Of a stretch of DNA of 64,000 bases, positions 25,561 to 38,270 are shown piece by piece (position 1 is the first letter of the stretch; each line of letters starts with the position of its first letter). This DNA comes from Lama glama (lineage: Eukaryota). The stretch spans positions 20,462,001 through 20,526,000 of the forward strand of contig CM052816.1 of the NCBI GenBank assembly GCA_028534125.1, written 5' to 3'. Position numbers and translations under genes: made by a program. Below the pieces are notes generated by a model, which did not search any database, was not told the DNA's origin, and saw only the letters and a list, made by a program, of their open reading frames with translations.

Positions 25561-27130
25561 AACTGTCACAGTCAATTCTCTGTTCCACAAATAATAGTTA
25601 CTTCCAGGAAAGGGGGTGCCAGCCCCTGGAGCAGGGAGCTGAGGAGCAGTGTGGAAGGAGCCCAGTTTACTCTGTGTGATGTGCTTCATGGCTTTCACGT
25701 CTCTCGTTGCAATAACCACTCTCCAAGCTCTCTCTTTTGAACCCGGATCTGATGAGTGCCCCTTGAGCAACCAGCATTCCAGAAGCTTGTTTGGTTAGTT
25801 GTGCTGTGCTGAGGGGCTGCTGGCCGAGAGCATGTATCTTCCTCTGGTCTCCGCTTGGGCTTTTGACTCAGATGGCAGTCAGGAAGTGTCATTTGGGTAG
25901 AACATTCTTTTCAGTGCCTCCTCATTTTGCTCTCTAATATCGCCCCCAACCCTTCCTGGCTCCAAGAACGTCAGGCAAGAGTGCTAAGGTGTGAAAGACA
26001 ATGTCATTAGTGTAAAAAATGCTGGGGCTGAGCGGTCTTCCTGGTGGCAGTGGTGAGGAGTTGGCCCAAGATTGGTGTTTGAGCTTCTCTTCTTCACTCA
26101 GCTTATTCTCCATGTTAGACTTTTTATCCTAAACTGGTCATTTATAATGGACTGTAGATATTTTTACTAGTTATGAAACCCCAGTATGTTTCCAGCCTTT
26201 CCACCCCCCGACCCATTATTTCTCACTGGGCCTTTCCCTGCGTTCTGAGCATGCCCTGTACTCCTGCCCGACCCTGCCTTTTCTCAAGTCATTCTCTCTT
26301 CCTGGTGTACCCTCCTTCCCTTATTCTTTTCTGAAAGCCTTCCCAGTCTTCAGTGCTATTTTCAAAGGTTCTTTAATTTGAATGTGGATGACCTGGTATT
26401 TACCAAGGCAAAAATCACCCCTTTATTTCTCAGTAATTTGTGTTTGCTCTGTGCCCTTCTGTTCAACTATGAATATCATCAGTGTAAGGACTCCATTTAC
26501 CTCTGTAATTTCTGAAACACTTTATTCATTGCCCTGCAACATGCAGGGCAATGGGATTGAGTTGAGAAAACCCAAGGGCTTAATTTAGTCCAGTGGCATG
26601 AACTGGCTATCCAAATGGTCCCTTTGGAAGTTATTTAGGAGCATAACCAATCACCAGATCATGCCAGTGACCCACATGGGAGCAATAGCGGTCTTCTCCT
26701 TGGCACCACAATCAGAACCTGCTGCTGCTCAGATAATTCTGGCCCCTGTCCACTTAGGTTTTCTCCAGGCCCTACAAGTGCCTGCAGTTGTAGGTAGAGG
26801 ATGGGAATTCCACCTGGAAGAAACGCTTTCTTAACAATTGGTACCAGCCCAGTTTCCACATAAGGAAGACCATTAGAGTTGGCTCTGCTTGTTAAAGCCT
26901 GAATGAGTAATAATAATTTTTGCTTCAACCACCGAAGCAAAAAATGGCTTACATTTACAGATGTCTGTGTGTATATTGAGAGTTTAGTAGACACACCATT
27001 GCTGAATGTCTTGTTCTTATGAGATTGTTCACCTTTCTCTAAATAAATGGCTAACAAGAGATGAGGTATTTGCAAGTATCTCTACATATGAATTATTCAT
27101 CAAAAACACCAAGTCTTTCTTTTCTTGCAG

Positions 27131-27164
27131 GAATCCAGAAGCTTTGAAGTCACAAGAAGAGAAG
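27131..27164 (+). CDS. FSTL4: FSTL4 second coding exon (34 nt), ESRSFEVTRRE-G
   Basis: Polypyrimidine acceptor tctttcttttcttgcAG and donor AAG|GTAGGA. Continues exon 2 in frame and matches the recalled FSTL4 segment EPRSFEVTRREG. Not visible in the ORF track. Confidence 0.92.
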
Positions 27165-29259
27165 GTAGGAAAGATGGATTTATACCCATTTCATTCTCAT
27201 TGTTGACGTTTCGGATGTGCTTTGTTGAAGTTAAAATGAACTTCAGACTGTGGGCAGCCTATTCTTTGAAATTTCATGTGGCCTTTTCTGGGTACTGACT
27301 TTTTGGCAATTGCCTCTATGGACTGTGGGAACTGAAGTCCAGGTTTGCTGTGAGAACTATGTCTTCTACTTTCAAATGTCAGAGGTGGGGTCGGGGGAAC
27401 TGGCTCCTACGTGAGCATGTTTAGTCTCTTGAGAGAAGCCTCACTTGTGAGTGGAGTTTAAAGTAATTGTTTAGTTTCACTCGGTGAAAACAACATGAAC
27501 AGTAAAAAAAAAAAAGTTTATAGTTTGAAGTATTTCAATATTGGGGAAAAGGTGCCATAGTGAAAAATATTTCTGATTAGATTTTTAACAACTTTAGCTA
27601 AACTGAAATAGAAATAAGCAATTAATTTCCCTTTTGAAAACAATTCCATGATGTTTCACTTTCCCTGCCGTAGTTCCTTTAGCACATTTGTTTTTTGGTC
27701 TCTGAGGTAAATATACATGGGTGGTAATTGCTGAAATCTTTTAGTGGAAATTAAATTTTCCCTTACCCGCTTTCAGTAATACCTAGTCTCTAATAAGAGG
27801 GTGTCTTTTGTATGATTTATTGAAATCACCACCAATCATTCCTTTATTGAAGCGATACGAAGATGGAGTTAGAAACCAAAGTGAGCTCTTGGTCTAGGAT
27901 CTGGCCTTCGGTTTTAGCCTCAACCATACCTCCTTCTTTGTGGCATTGTCTCCAAAAAGAGTGCCGATCTTAAAAAGTGAGCAAATTCCATATTGAATCC
28001 CATATCTAACAAGCCTTGCCTCCTGGTTAGTTCTTACTTCATACATCACAGTGGAAGAGATAGAATGGCCATGTTATCAAAATGTGTTTCTAGAACTTGA
28101 CAACCTAAACCTTCCAGTCTATCGATATTGGTGAATTAACAACTGATCATTTGCTGCTGCCCATGGTGCTGGGATCCTGGATACAAAGGATCTGGATAAT
28201 CTTGCTCTAGGATGAACGTTCTGGTTTTCATTCCCATTTGCTTGTCTCTGGTTTTGGGCTCAGTGTCCTCTGAATTGCATCCATAGGGTAAACTTCATTG
28301 TTTGAATATCAAAACCAAATGAAATTGGATGAAGGTGGGTGGGGCAGGGAAGGTACATTTCTTATTGACAGTTGTGTTTACAGTGGGTGGGTGGCATGAA
28401 CTTTGGTTTAGAATAATGTTTATTCATGTCAGTACTCCTGAGTCTGAATGTTTAGGATTAATTTGCATGATGGAATCACATATAAACTTAACTGTTTTGG
28501 AACCTTACTGTCCTTGTGTTGGAATTGTCCCTACATTGTAAGGCTAGGGTGTGAGAGAACCTATTTTTGTTCGAAGGCTTAAAAAGGGCCTGAATGTCCC
28601 TGAGGCTCCAAATCCCTAGCAGAATGAGTGTCTGAAGATGAGAAAAGGCCACAGCCTGGCTGTTCTGCACTCACCCATAAGCCTCTTTCCTCTCGAAGCA
28701 GTGTCTTTCACAACTGGCTGACTGGAACGTATGCTTTGAGTTTGTATATTTGTCTTGACATCACATAAACTTTTTTCTTCCTGATGTCTTTCTTGCTTGT
28801 TTCTGTCAAAGTTGAGTGTTTAAGAATTCCTGAAATAGCCCTGTGCCTTAATGTCAATGCTTGTAACCTGGCAGAAAGGAAGGAAGCGTCGGACCTTGCA
28901 GGTTGGATCCAAGTATTTTCAAGTCTCAGATTCACTGGCTTGGTAGTAGTGTTGTTCACCTTCTCCAGAACAGTGTATGGCTGTAAAAATAGCAGAGGCA
29001 CTGTGAATATTTCAATAAATTATTACTCCTACAAAAATAAATAAGATATTATTGTCTAGTAATAAACATTTAAGGCTGGTTTCTTATCTTTGACTTGAAC
29101 TGGAACTGAAAGAGGAGTAATTAAGTAACACTGAATTTTTCTGCCCAGTTTACCAGGCCCAGGAAATGAAGTCTAGGCTAAATCACAATTGGGTTGGAAA
29201 TTATTAGGGTGACATGAATACACTGTGTACCTTAGACCTCTCTGCCTTATTTCCCCCAT

Positions 29260-29570
29260 GTTTCTCCCAGCCTTGGATCCAGTGGCATCATGGTTCCCAG
29301 ACTGTAGCCCAGCTTTCTTGCTTCTGGACTGTTTCTGCAACCTGCATGCTCTTTGTCTCTCGTCTTTGTTAAATACCACCTCTCCCTCATCCCTCTAACT
29401 CATTCCGAAGTGTTTTGCTTACCCCACCTTATCTGAGAGTTAAGGGTTCCTATTAGGTCAACCATTCATTTCCTGAGAGCAGAGATCCTTCCCTCATTCA
29501 CTCCAAATTCCTCAAGGCCTTAGCCCAGGACCTGTAGTTGCTCAGTAATCACTTCTTGTGTAAATGCAAA
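29260..29570 (+). mobile_element. L2 3' fragment
   Basis: tcctgagagcagagatc...cattcac...cttagcccaggacctg...gctcagtaatcacttcttgtgtaaatg resembles the L2 3' end. Confidence 0.5.
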
Positions 29571-29742
29571 CTACAAAATTGCTTTGTGTGCATATTCTTC
29601 ACTCTGATCCTGTTCTGGTGATACACAAGTCAGGCACTGCGTCATTTGGTTCTACAAAGGCATTTCAGGGATAATTCTGTGAATATTCACGTATTCCTGG
29701 GAGATGTATTTGTGAAAGTGCACCATGTTCAAACAAGCTTGG

Positions 29743-30232
29743 TGTTATGGCTTGGATTGTGTCTCACAGAAAGACATGTTGAAGTCCTAACCTAATGTTC
29801 AAAAGATATGTTGACATCACATGAAGTGAATGTAACCTTACTTGGAAATGAGGTCTTGGTAGATGCGTGATTAAACTGAGATGAGATTATACTGGAATAG
29901 GATGGGCCCTAATGCAATGAGTGAGATCCTTTTGAGAAGAGAGAAATTTGGATATAGACACACAGGGAGAACAGTGTGTATGGATGGAGGCAGAGATTGG
30001 AATAATGAGTCTGTAAGCCAAGGAACCCCAAGTGTTGCTGACGATCACCAGAAGCCAGGAATAAGCAACAAAGAATCCATGCCTGGAGTCTTCAGAGGGA
30101 GCATGGCCATGCCAACACCTTGATTTCTGACTTCTAGCCTCCAGAACTGTGAGAGAACAGATTTCCAGATTTTTCATGTTAAACCCCTCCATTTGTTTCA
30201 GTCTGTTAGAGCAGCCTTAGGAAGATAATATA
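29743..30232 (+). mobile_element. MaLR solo LTR (MLT1C-like), full length
   Basis: TGTTATGG start, gccaacaccttgatttctgacttctagcctccagaactgtgagag motif, and a perfect 5-bp TSD CTTGG at 29738-29742 and 30233-30237. Confidence 0.92.
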
Positions 30233-32419
30233 CTTGGTAAATGCTGCACTCAATATTGAACTAGTTGTTGTTGCCTTTTTTTTTTTTTACTGCAGAACCT
30301 CACAGGTCTTTAAGATGCTAAATAGGACTTTCAAAAGCGGGTGTAATATGCAGCATTTCTCATGGCATCTTGATTGGCTGTTTTTAACCATCTCTGAGCT
30401 GGTGTTCTGTGCAGTGCCATTTGCAGGCCCTGCTCTAGAGAGAGTCCACGAAGAAGGAGTACTTTGTCAGAGTGCAGGACATGCCACAGCACCAGTGACT
30501 CTCATCAGGTAGTTGTAGTTACATCTCAGTTGTTCTGAAGTTTGCAGAGAGCTTTCATACCCTTTACCTCCTTTGACTGTTGGTAACCCATGATATGAGC
30601 AGAGCAGATAGCCCCTTACAGGTGAGGCTCCTTCCTTCTTCTCCAGGCTCATTTTAGTAGGAATAAAGACTCCTCTGGGCCAGTGTCCCTCTGGACCAGT
30701 ATCCCTCTGATGGATGGAACCTCTTTCTAATGGGTGGGCTTCAATGACTTAATCTCACTTCATCATCCAAGGATTTCTATATGTACGTGTTCACTGCTAA
30801 GCCCAGCAAGCCGAGAGGGTCTCCTAGAAGAAGACTCCTTAGGGGAGCTTTGTTTCCAAGTTAGATTTGTGTTAAGGACTCTCAGGGGGAACCTGGAAGG
30901 AGATAGAATATCAGAGCCCGTGCCAGGGCTGCAAGATTGGTAGGATGTCCTTTGGGAAGGGCACATACCCACCCCAGCTGGACCTGCTTCCACCTGCAGG
31001 GCAGTCCTGTATTATCCTCATGCCCTGGGACCCACCTGGGCCAGCTGCACAGGGAAGAAGAGAGGGCTGCTTCTTCATCTGCTTTCGAATGCAGGTGTTT
31101 TTACACCTCTCTCTAGACACCTACAATTTAATTGCAACTTTTTCTGAAGCTTCAGCAAAAGGTGCCAACCTCACCTCTCTGAGACACTCCCAAGTCCACT
31201 CCGAAGGCTGCTGCTGATTATGACTGCCAGAAGTCATCAGCTCAAACCAGTACTTTTCTCTAACTGATCCCATCACATTGAATTACAGCCATGAGACAAC
31301 GCTTGAGTGGGCTGAGCAAGCGGCCGGGATAATTCAGCCCTTGTTGGCTGTCTCTTAGACCATGGAGTGATCTGTAAGCTACTCCAGATGTCTGTGATTA
31401 GAGGCTATAGGTTTTGGGGTGGGCACCAGTGTCACATGGCATCACCCACCCTCCCAACGATGACTCACTCACACCTTCCAGGCTAGACCAGCCTGGCATG
31501 GCTTCCAGCAGGGCTATGAGGGAGACCTGAGGGCAGGGATGCTGCTGTCTTTGTGGAAAAAGAGACAGGAGTGACAGTCACACACATAGCCAGGGTGGCT
31601 CTGGCTTCTTAGCAATGCAAATCTGCTGCATAAACATAACCTGACAGTCCTGAGTCCCACTTTGTGAAAACCCTTGGAATCAGTTCCTAATTGGCAGCTG
31701 CCTCTAATAGCCCCTTTATAGTTCTCTACATCTGGGTGAACTTCAACTATCAAGAATTGCATTCTGTTTACCATTAATTTTGATTTTGTTTAGCAGATGT
31801 TTTCTGGATCTCTCAGTTGCCTGCATAATCTGTCTTGGTATAATGTGAATTGGCTGACTCTGTTCAATGAAACAGATTAATAAACTCCTAGCTTCTTTTG
31901 AGGTAACTTCTTTAATGGCTGCAGATGTAGGGATATTAAAAGGGAGCAATCCAGATTTGACAGTGCCTGGGGTGGTGGGTCCTCTTCCAATCAAGACTGC
32001 CATCTGGGGACAGAAATGGGGTTTCCTTTGCCATCCTACCCCGGCTCTCTATGGTGGAGCTTACTCGTTCTCTCCTGCAGTCACTGGGCTCCAAAAGTTT
32101 GGGAGTGACGTTTGTCTCCTTCCACTTTTAACCCCAGAGAAGTTGACTCTTTCTGGATAGTGCTGCCAGTTTTCAGCTGCTGGAAAACTATATTGTACCT
32201 GGTTACCTGGTTGCCCAAGGTTGAGTGGAGAGTGGATGGCACAGCTGGCTGGTGTGTTCTGGTTGCGTACAATGATTTGGTACCCAATTTTGATCATGAC
32301 CAATTGGCAGGCAGTAGAATCTCACCTATCCACTTACGCACAGCGTGACTTTGTGTAAGTTAATCTTATCTGCAAAAAAAAAAAAAAATAAATGGGGACA
32401 GTAATAGTACAGATCAGTA

Positions 32420-32900
32420 GTTCCAACTCTGGGTTGTAGAAAGCCAACTTATACTGGCCGAAGCCTGAAGGGCTCATGAAACTGCAGAATCTAAAGGTGG
32501 ATCTGGCTCCAAGAACAGCTGATACAGGGTTTCTTAGATTCTCCCTCTTTTTCCTTCTCTGGGCTTGTTGGTCTCTTCCACACTACCTTCCAGGTTGGCT
32601 ACTAGCAGCTGCACCTCTCAGAGTCCTCACTGCTCACCATCCCAGAGGGTGAAACTACTTTCCCTCAGAACGACAGCAGAAAAGTCCCAGCGAGGATTCT
32701 GATTTGCTGGCCTTGTGTCATGACTCAAGCCCTAAACCAATGGCTGTGGCAGGAGAGGTTGGAATACTGTGAATGGCCCGGTGAGCTGACATGTTTTCCC
32801 CTTAGGTTTTGCAGAATGAATTACCCTGACTGAGATGCTGGGGAGTGGGGACAGGTTTGGTCCACAGAGTAAGGATGCTGGACAGCATGCAAAGGATGCC
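32420..32900 (-). mobile_element. Old MaLR LTR (MLT1K/L-like), degraded
   Basis: ggattctgatttgctggccttgtgtcatg...ccctaaaccaatggctgtggc...gaatactgtgaatggcc motif block. Confidence 0.55.
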
Positions 32901-35900
32901 CTGCACAGCCTCCTGGACATATTATGGGGAGAGGTTGGGTGTAGAGAGCCCTTGGTGCAGTGTGGGCAGTGACGTCGGTGTCCAGTGAGATTGGTAGTGT
33001 CCATTGTGGCTATTCTCATACTATATCTGTAGATCTGGCCTTAGATGTAGAATGAGGAATATCTAGGTTACCAAGTTCATTTCTCTGTGTCCAAGCAGAC
33101 TTACAGGTAACCTTGCATGTTGTAGCCTGTTGGCTTTTCCCATGAAGGATTTTCTGAAATTTAGCCTATTGGCATCCCTGCTCTCGGTCAGAGTCTTTAA
33201 CTTTTTGCTCAAATTCTCTTATTCTGCCATCAGAAGAATCAAGAAGCCCTCTTCTTGGACGATGTCTTTCAGAATGTAAGGACAAACACACATAAAGTTT
33301 CCCTCCCCAGATTAAAGGGTTTCTAGGCACTGGGGTCAGAAACTGCCTTGAGCATCACAGTTACTGTGCGTTTCATATTTCCTTTCAATTACTGCATCCT
33401 GATAAAGCTCAGGAAGCGTAGACAAGGGCTCTTCCCAGGGACAAGTACAGCCTTAGCCAGAGGATTCTCGGGCTGTGGATAACCCCAAGCTTCCGTTCTC
33501 CAAGCTTCTTTAAGATAATTGTAAGTGCCTGGACCCCAGAAGACCAGATGTAGGTCAGGACTGCCCAGGTGAGCCTGAGTTCTCATTGCTGCTCCTGTAC
33601 GTGTTCTTCCTTGGTCGAGGGTCTTCCGGCTCTGGCTAAGTGGCTGTTCTATCCTGTTGCCTGGCTGATTTCAGCTTTCCCAGGAATGTGGGGAAGCAGG
33701 ATCTTGCCGTGTGCACCTCAGGGCTGGTGATGGGAGCCACCCATACCGTGTTTGAACTGCACGGGTGTCATGCCTCACCCAGTGCCTCAGCACCACAGCA
33801 CACAGCGCTGGTGGCTGTGGCCTGTGTTGTAGGGGCAGCTCTCACACTGCTGTGTAGGATGAGCCCTGGGAGGGCAGGGATCCAGGCTCTTCCTTCCAAG
33901 GTCTCCTGCCCCGTATGCACAGCAAGCACCGAAAAAGTGCTAGACCCTGGCCTGTCCTGGGGCTGACGTGGCTCTGGGTCACATCTCCACTCCGCATCAA
34001 GTACAGTCGCAGGTGTAGGAGCTGCCAGGTGGTTTGGCTGTGGACCCCACAGCTCCTGGGCACCCCATCCCATCTGCTGTGCTCGCTCTTCCCGCCACCG
34101 TCCTTGGGTGGGGGGGCTTTCTCTCCTTAATGACTGTACTCAGGGAGCGACTCTGCTCTTTCTGACAACTTGTGGGTGTTAGTCCTTGATAAAGAGTCCT
34201 TAAAAGGTGCTTGTGCAAAGGAGCCAAATCTCTGTGGTTTGATGGGCCTTGGTAGGTCTGGGCAGTTGTGAAGCCCAGCACAGCGAGCTGTGTTGGTGAA
34301 GAGTCCTTGGGGGTTGCCATTGCAAAAGGTGGCCATAGGTCCCTATCTGGAATCTGTAGGGAAAGAGTCATGTTCTTGAAGAAAGGGTATGAACCACTGT
34401 AGAGTCATAAGGCCAGTAAGGCAAGACTTTCACAACGCAGCGTAACCCTGCAGCCAGCTGAGTGCGCCGCCTATCCAAGCCAGAGTGGGAGGAGATGACA
34501 CTGCCTCTAGACCTGCTCAGGTCCCCTCCGGCCTGGGGCTCACCTCTCCTTTCTGAGATGCCAGCAGTGAAAGTTGGGATTTGTCACTTTGGCCTCTCAC
34601 CTAGCCCCCAAGCCAGAGGGAATTTCTCTGCTTTTCAGGAACCCTTGAAATGATTTGCATATAAGCACTGAAGCCCTTTTCAAACTCATTAAGCCACTTG
34701 TCCCGCAATATTAATGTGCCACCAGCGAGCCTCTGGGGTTAATTATCTGTGACTTAAAAATCATTTATTTCTGTCTCCTTTGTCTCATTGCTGGGCAGCA
34801 ATCTTTCTTAGGAGACGAGGGACAGAATCCAACTGACTATTATGATCTAATTCCTTTCTTGTCACCAGAATTAGTTCATCTTTTAAAAACTCTTAAAAAA
34901 AAAAGTCTCCACCTTATTTTCAAATTATGTTGTCTCTTAACAACAGATCAGTCTCTCAGCTCCAGTGGGCACAGAGCCCAAATGGGGAATAATCTGCAAG
35001 GTGAGATGCCTTTTCTAAAGGAGTGGGGCCTGCCGGTGCTCTCTCCTGGTTGGCCCCACTCACCTGTGAGCTCTCACTGCTACCGAGCTCTTGGCCTGTT
35101 TCTCCTCGCAGCTGCGGTGAGGAGGGCTTCACCCTGTGTCCTCCAGTGCCACACTGGGCATGGTGAGCAAGCCACGTTTGCTGGGAGGGCCCTTGTAGAT
35201 CAGGCAACCAGGGTCGGAGATCCTGGGCATCACAGCCCACCCAGGGGTTCTGCCCACTCTGATTTTGGTTATACTTCTTGGCCATGGCTGTCACCAGGTT
35301 TTGAGAAATGCTTCTGGGTCAGCCTATAGAAAACTTTTTGCAAAATGTCGAATTTTGCGTGAGATTAAAAAAAAGATTAGTTTGCTTTGTACTCTCCAGG
35401 CAGTCAGGAAACTTGTGCCACAGAAATGAGCAGGTACTGACCAGCCACTGGTTCTGTGGGCTGTGGTCAGTGACCTGCAGCCTCTGGGACATGGGTGCAG
35501 TCAACAGGGGGCTGTCTGGGCCAGTGTGTGAGTACAGGCAGCATCGTGATGCTAGTTCACCCAGGTACACAGGCTGCTCACTGCCCATCTGTCTGTTCTC
35601 TGGAGGCCTCTTTGGGCAGTTCTCAGCCCCTCAATTGCCCCCTTATCCCTGCTGTGCTTCTAAAGCAATATCTGGGAACCTAATTTGATTGTAACTACTT
35701 CTAAAAGAGAAGTCCCTCCTGTGGAAAAATAAGTACCATTCTTTGGGTTTATTGAAGTTTTATTGGGTGCAAATGAAATTTTCCCGGGTAGGTTGGAGTT
35801 TGCTGGATGTGCAGTGATGACAAGGCATGGACCCTGCCTTTACAGAGCATGTTAATCCATATATCTGTCAGCTCAGGAGATGTGTGATCATGCTGTAGAC

Positions 35901-36094
35901 AGAAGGGCACCTGGGGGCCTGCACCATGGACCGACTCTTTACAGAGGGGCCAACCATGAAGTGGGAGAGCGACACGAGAGCCTAGGAGAACACCTCTCAG
36001 AACCATCTGGTGGAGGGGACATCTCAGGGTCTCCTCTCCAAAGGATAGATCTACTGATGTGGGGGGTCTCCTTTTGATTAGTAATGGCACACTT

Positions 36095-36560
36095 GGTTAG
36101 TGGGGGCATTTTTGTTATTGCAAATAACAAAACACAATCCAAGTAGCCCGAACAGAGGACCTTGTTGGCTTACGTAACTGGACAGCTGGGCAGGGAACGG
36201 AAAGGGGAGGCGGTCTGGCTTCAGGCAAACCTGACGTAGGTCACTAGGTCTTGGTTTCACTCATTGCACCCCTCACAGCAGACTCCCCCTCCAGTCTGTG
36301 CCAGCTTCCTCTCCCCACAGCTCTGAGTCCTGTGAAACAGGGGGAGCCTCTGGTCTGCTATTTCCTGCAAAAGTACTAAAATCTACTCAGATTGGATGGG
36401 CTTGGGTCGCATGCTCCCTCCTGAATCAGAGACTGAGGCCAAAGGGATGCTATGTGCTGCTGGGCTTAGCAGATTCATAGGTCATGCCCCTGCAGTCCAG
36501 GTGTCGTGAGTTAAGAGCGGAAGGGAAATGGAGCCCCAGTTGTCATCTGGGGCATGATGC
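36095..36560 (-). mobile_element. Old MaLR LTR (MLT1K/L-like), degraded
   Basis: ttgcaaataacaaaacac...ggcttacgtaactg...tctggcttcaggc...gattggatgggcttgggtcgcatgctc...ctgaatca motifs. Confidence 0.6.
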
Positions 36561-38059
36561 ACACATGATGCAGGAAGGCGCATATTACCAGTTACTTAGT
36601 TACTTCACATCTGGGTGTCTGTCACATCTTCCACCCCAAAGGGTGTTGAGGGCCTCAAAGGCAGGCTAGGCTTCAGTAAGCTTTCACCTAGCATTTCAAG
36701 GGCAGACACCTCTCCCATCTTCTGAGGAGACTGAGGTTCAGAGACAACATTGATGATCCGAGGTTACAGGGGCTTATAAGAGAATGTGACTTGGAACACA
36801 GACCCCTAATGACAAATACAGGCACATTTGGTTCTTTTAAATCACAGCTGCCTCCAGTGACGGGGTCTTCTGCTCCCTCAGCCCCTTCCCCTGTGATAGA
36901 CACAGTGACCTGGTGAGGTGCAGCCAGCATCCACTGGTCCGTCAGGGTGTTATTGTTTGTTTGGACCCTCAATGCATTCTCCTTTCTTTAGCCCTTCAGC
37001 CAAAGGGCTCATGGATCAAAAGCCAATGTGCAAAGGAGCCCCCACCCCTGCCCCTTGGTGACTTCAGTACTTACCATCATGAGGCTTTCAGAGGCTTTAT
37101 TTTCCATTTTTCATAAGAGATCCCCTTCTTTCTTGAGAAGGTTTGATGGGGGTTCACTGTGCTGCTGCTTCCAGGTGGGTGTTATGTGGCAGGCAGGGAC
37201 ACAGATGGCATGGGGAGACCTGCGCCTTACAGAAAACCAGCGCCCATGTTCACGAGGCATTTTTAAGTAAGCAATTTCCCATTTGTCCGTACATTAACTT
37301 AGGGCAAAGACTTCACTGCTTTAATATAAATCCCTCAGACTGGAAGAGTTTTCTTTTCATGCTCAGTCTCTTATTTAATCTTTATAAACAGACTTCACAA
37401 TTTTATTTTGTAAATAGAGAAAAATGGGAGACATTTTGAATGCTCTAGGAAATTGATCAGTTAAAATGGGCTTAACTGAGGTCATTTGGGAGAGCACGTT
37501 CTTGATGGAAATTCAGCAGTGTTTGTACAATTCTGATTGAAATGTTCACATTTGCGAACGTGGACTCATCATTCTGCAGTTGAAGTGCCCGCAGGGTGAG
37601 GTTCTGGGACCCCGCGGGGCAGCCGCTGCCAGAGAAAACCAGAGACCTCCACGCTCAGAAGAAATGGGCCTTAAAGGAGAAAATCATGGGTCTGCAAAAG
37701 AGTTGTGGGAGTGAAAATACATTTCAGTCTGTTTGTTTTACTAATTTTAGCAGTTATTTGTGCTCTCTTTTTGCTAGAAGCAGCATTCCCATCCAGCTGC
37801 TTGGCTGCTTCATTTGAATTTTTATCATTTGTGTGAATCACTGTGTATTTGAATGCAAAATGGGAGTCCTGTGGCTAAGAGGAGATGTTTATCTGACAGG
37901 GTCAGATCTAATCTCATGCTTAGAAACTTCAGCAAAAAATAAAATGCTTTGAGGGTTTTTTGTTTTTTTTTTTCAAGACAGCAGGTCTGTAAAGCTGTGC
38001 TAGCTTATCACTTACCTTCCTTTAGCAGAATTTACATCTTATACTTGGGTCATATTACC

Positions 38060-38270
38060 AGGCTGCTTTTTGCTCTCTAAGAGCATTCTCATTGTCATCT
38101 CATTTATTCTATTCAAGAAAACCTGCAAGTTGGGTGGAGTGAAGATATTGTTGTTGGTAACTGACTGGTGGGGAGACCTGATGCCCAGAGGTGGCACAGG
38201 GCTTGTCCCAGGTCACACACAGCTGATGGAGGCAAGGCTGGAACTGCGACGGTCAGCTCTGTGCTCCTCC
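38060..38270 (-). mobile_element. MIR SINE
   Basis: atctcatttattct...ggagacctgatgcccagaggtgg...cttgtcccaggtcacacacagctg, reverse MIR. Confidence 0.7.

Noticed and set aside
33787..33812. RE1-like TCAGCACC...ACAGCGC
   Set aside because: The right half lacks the GGAC core and the spacing is non-canonical.
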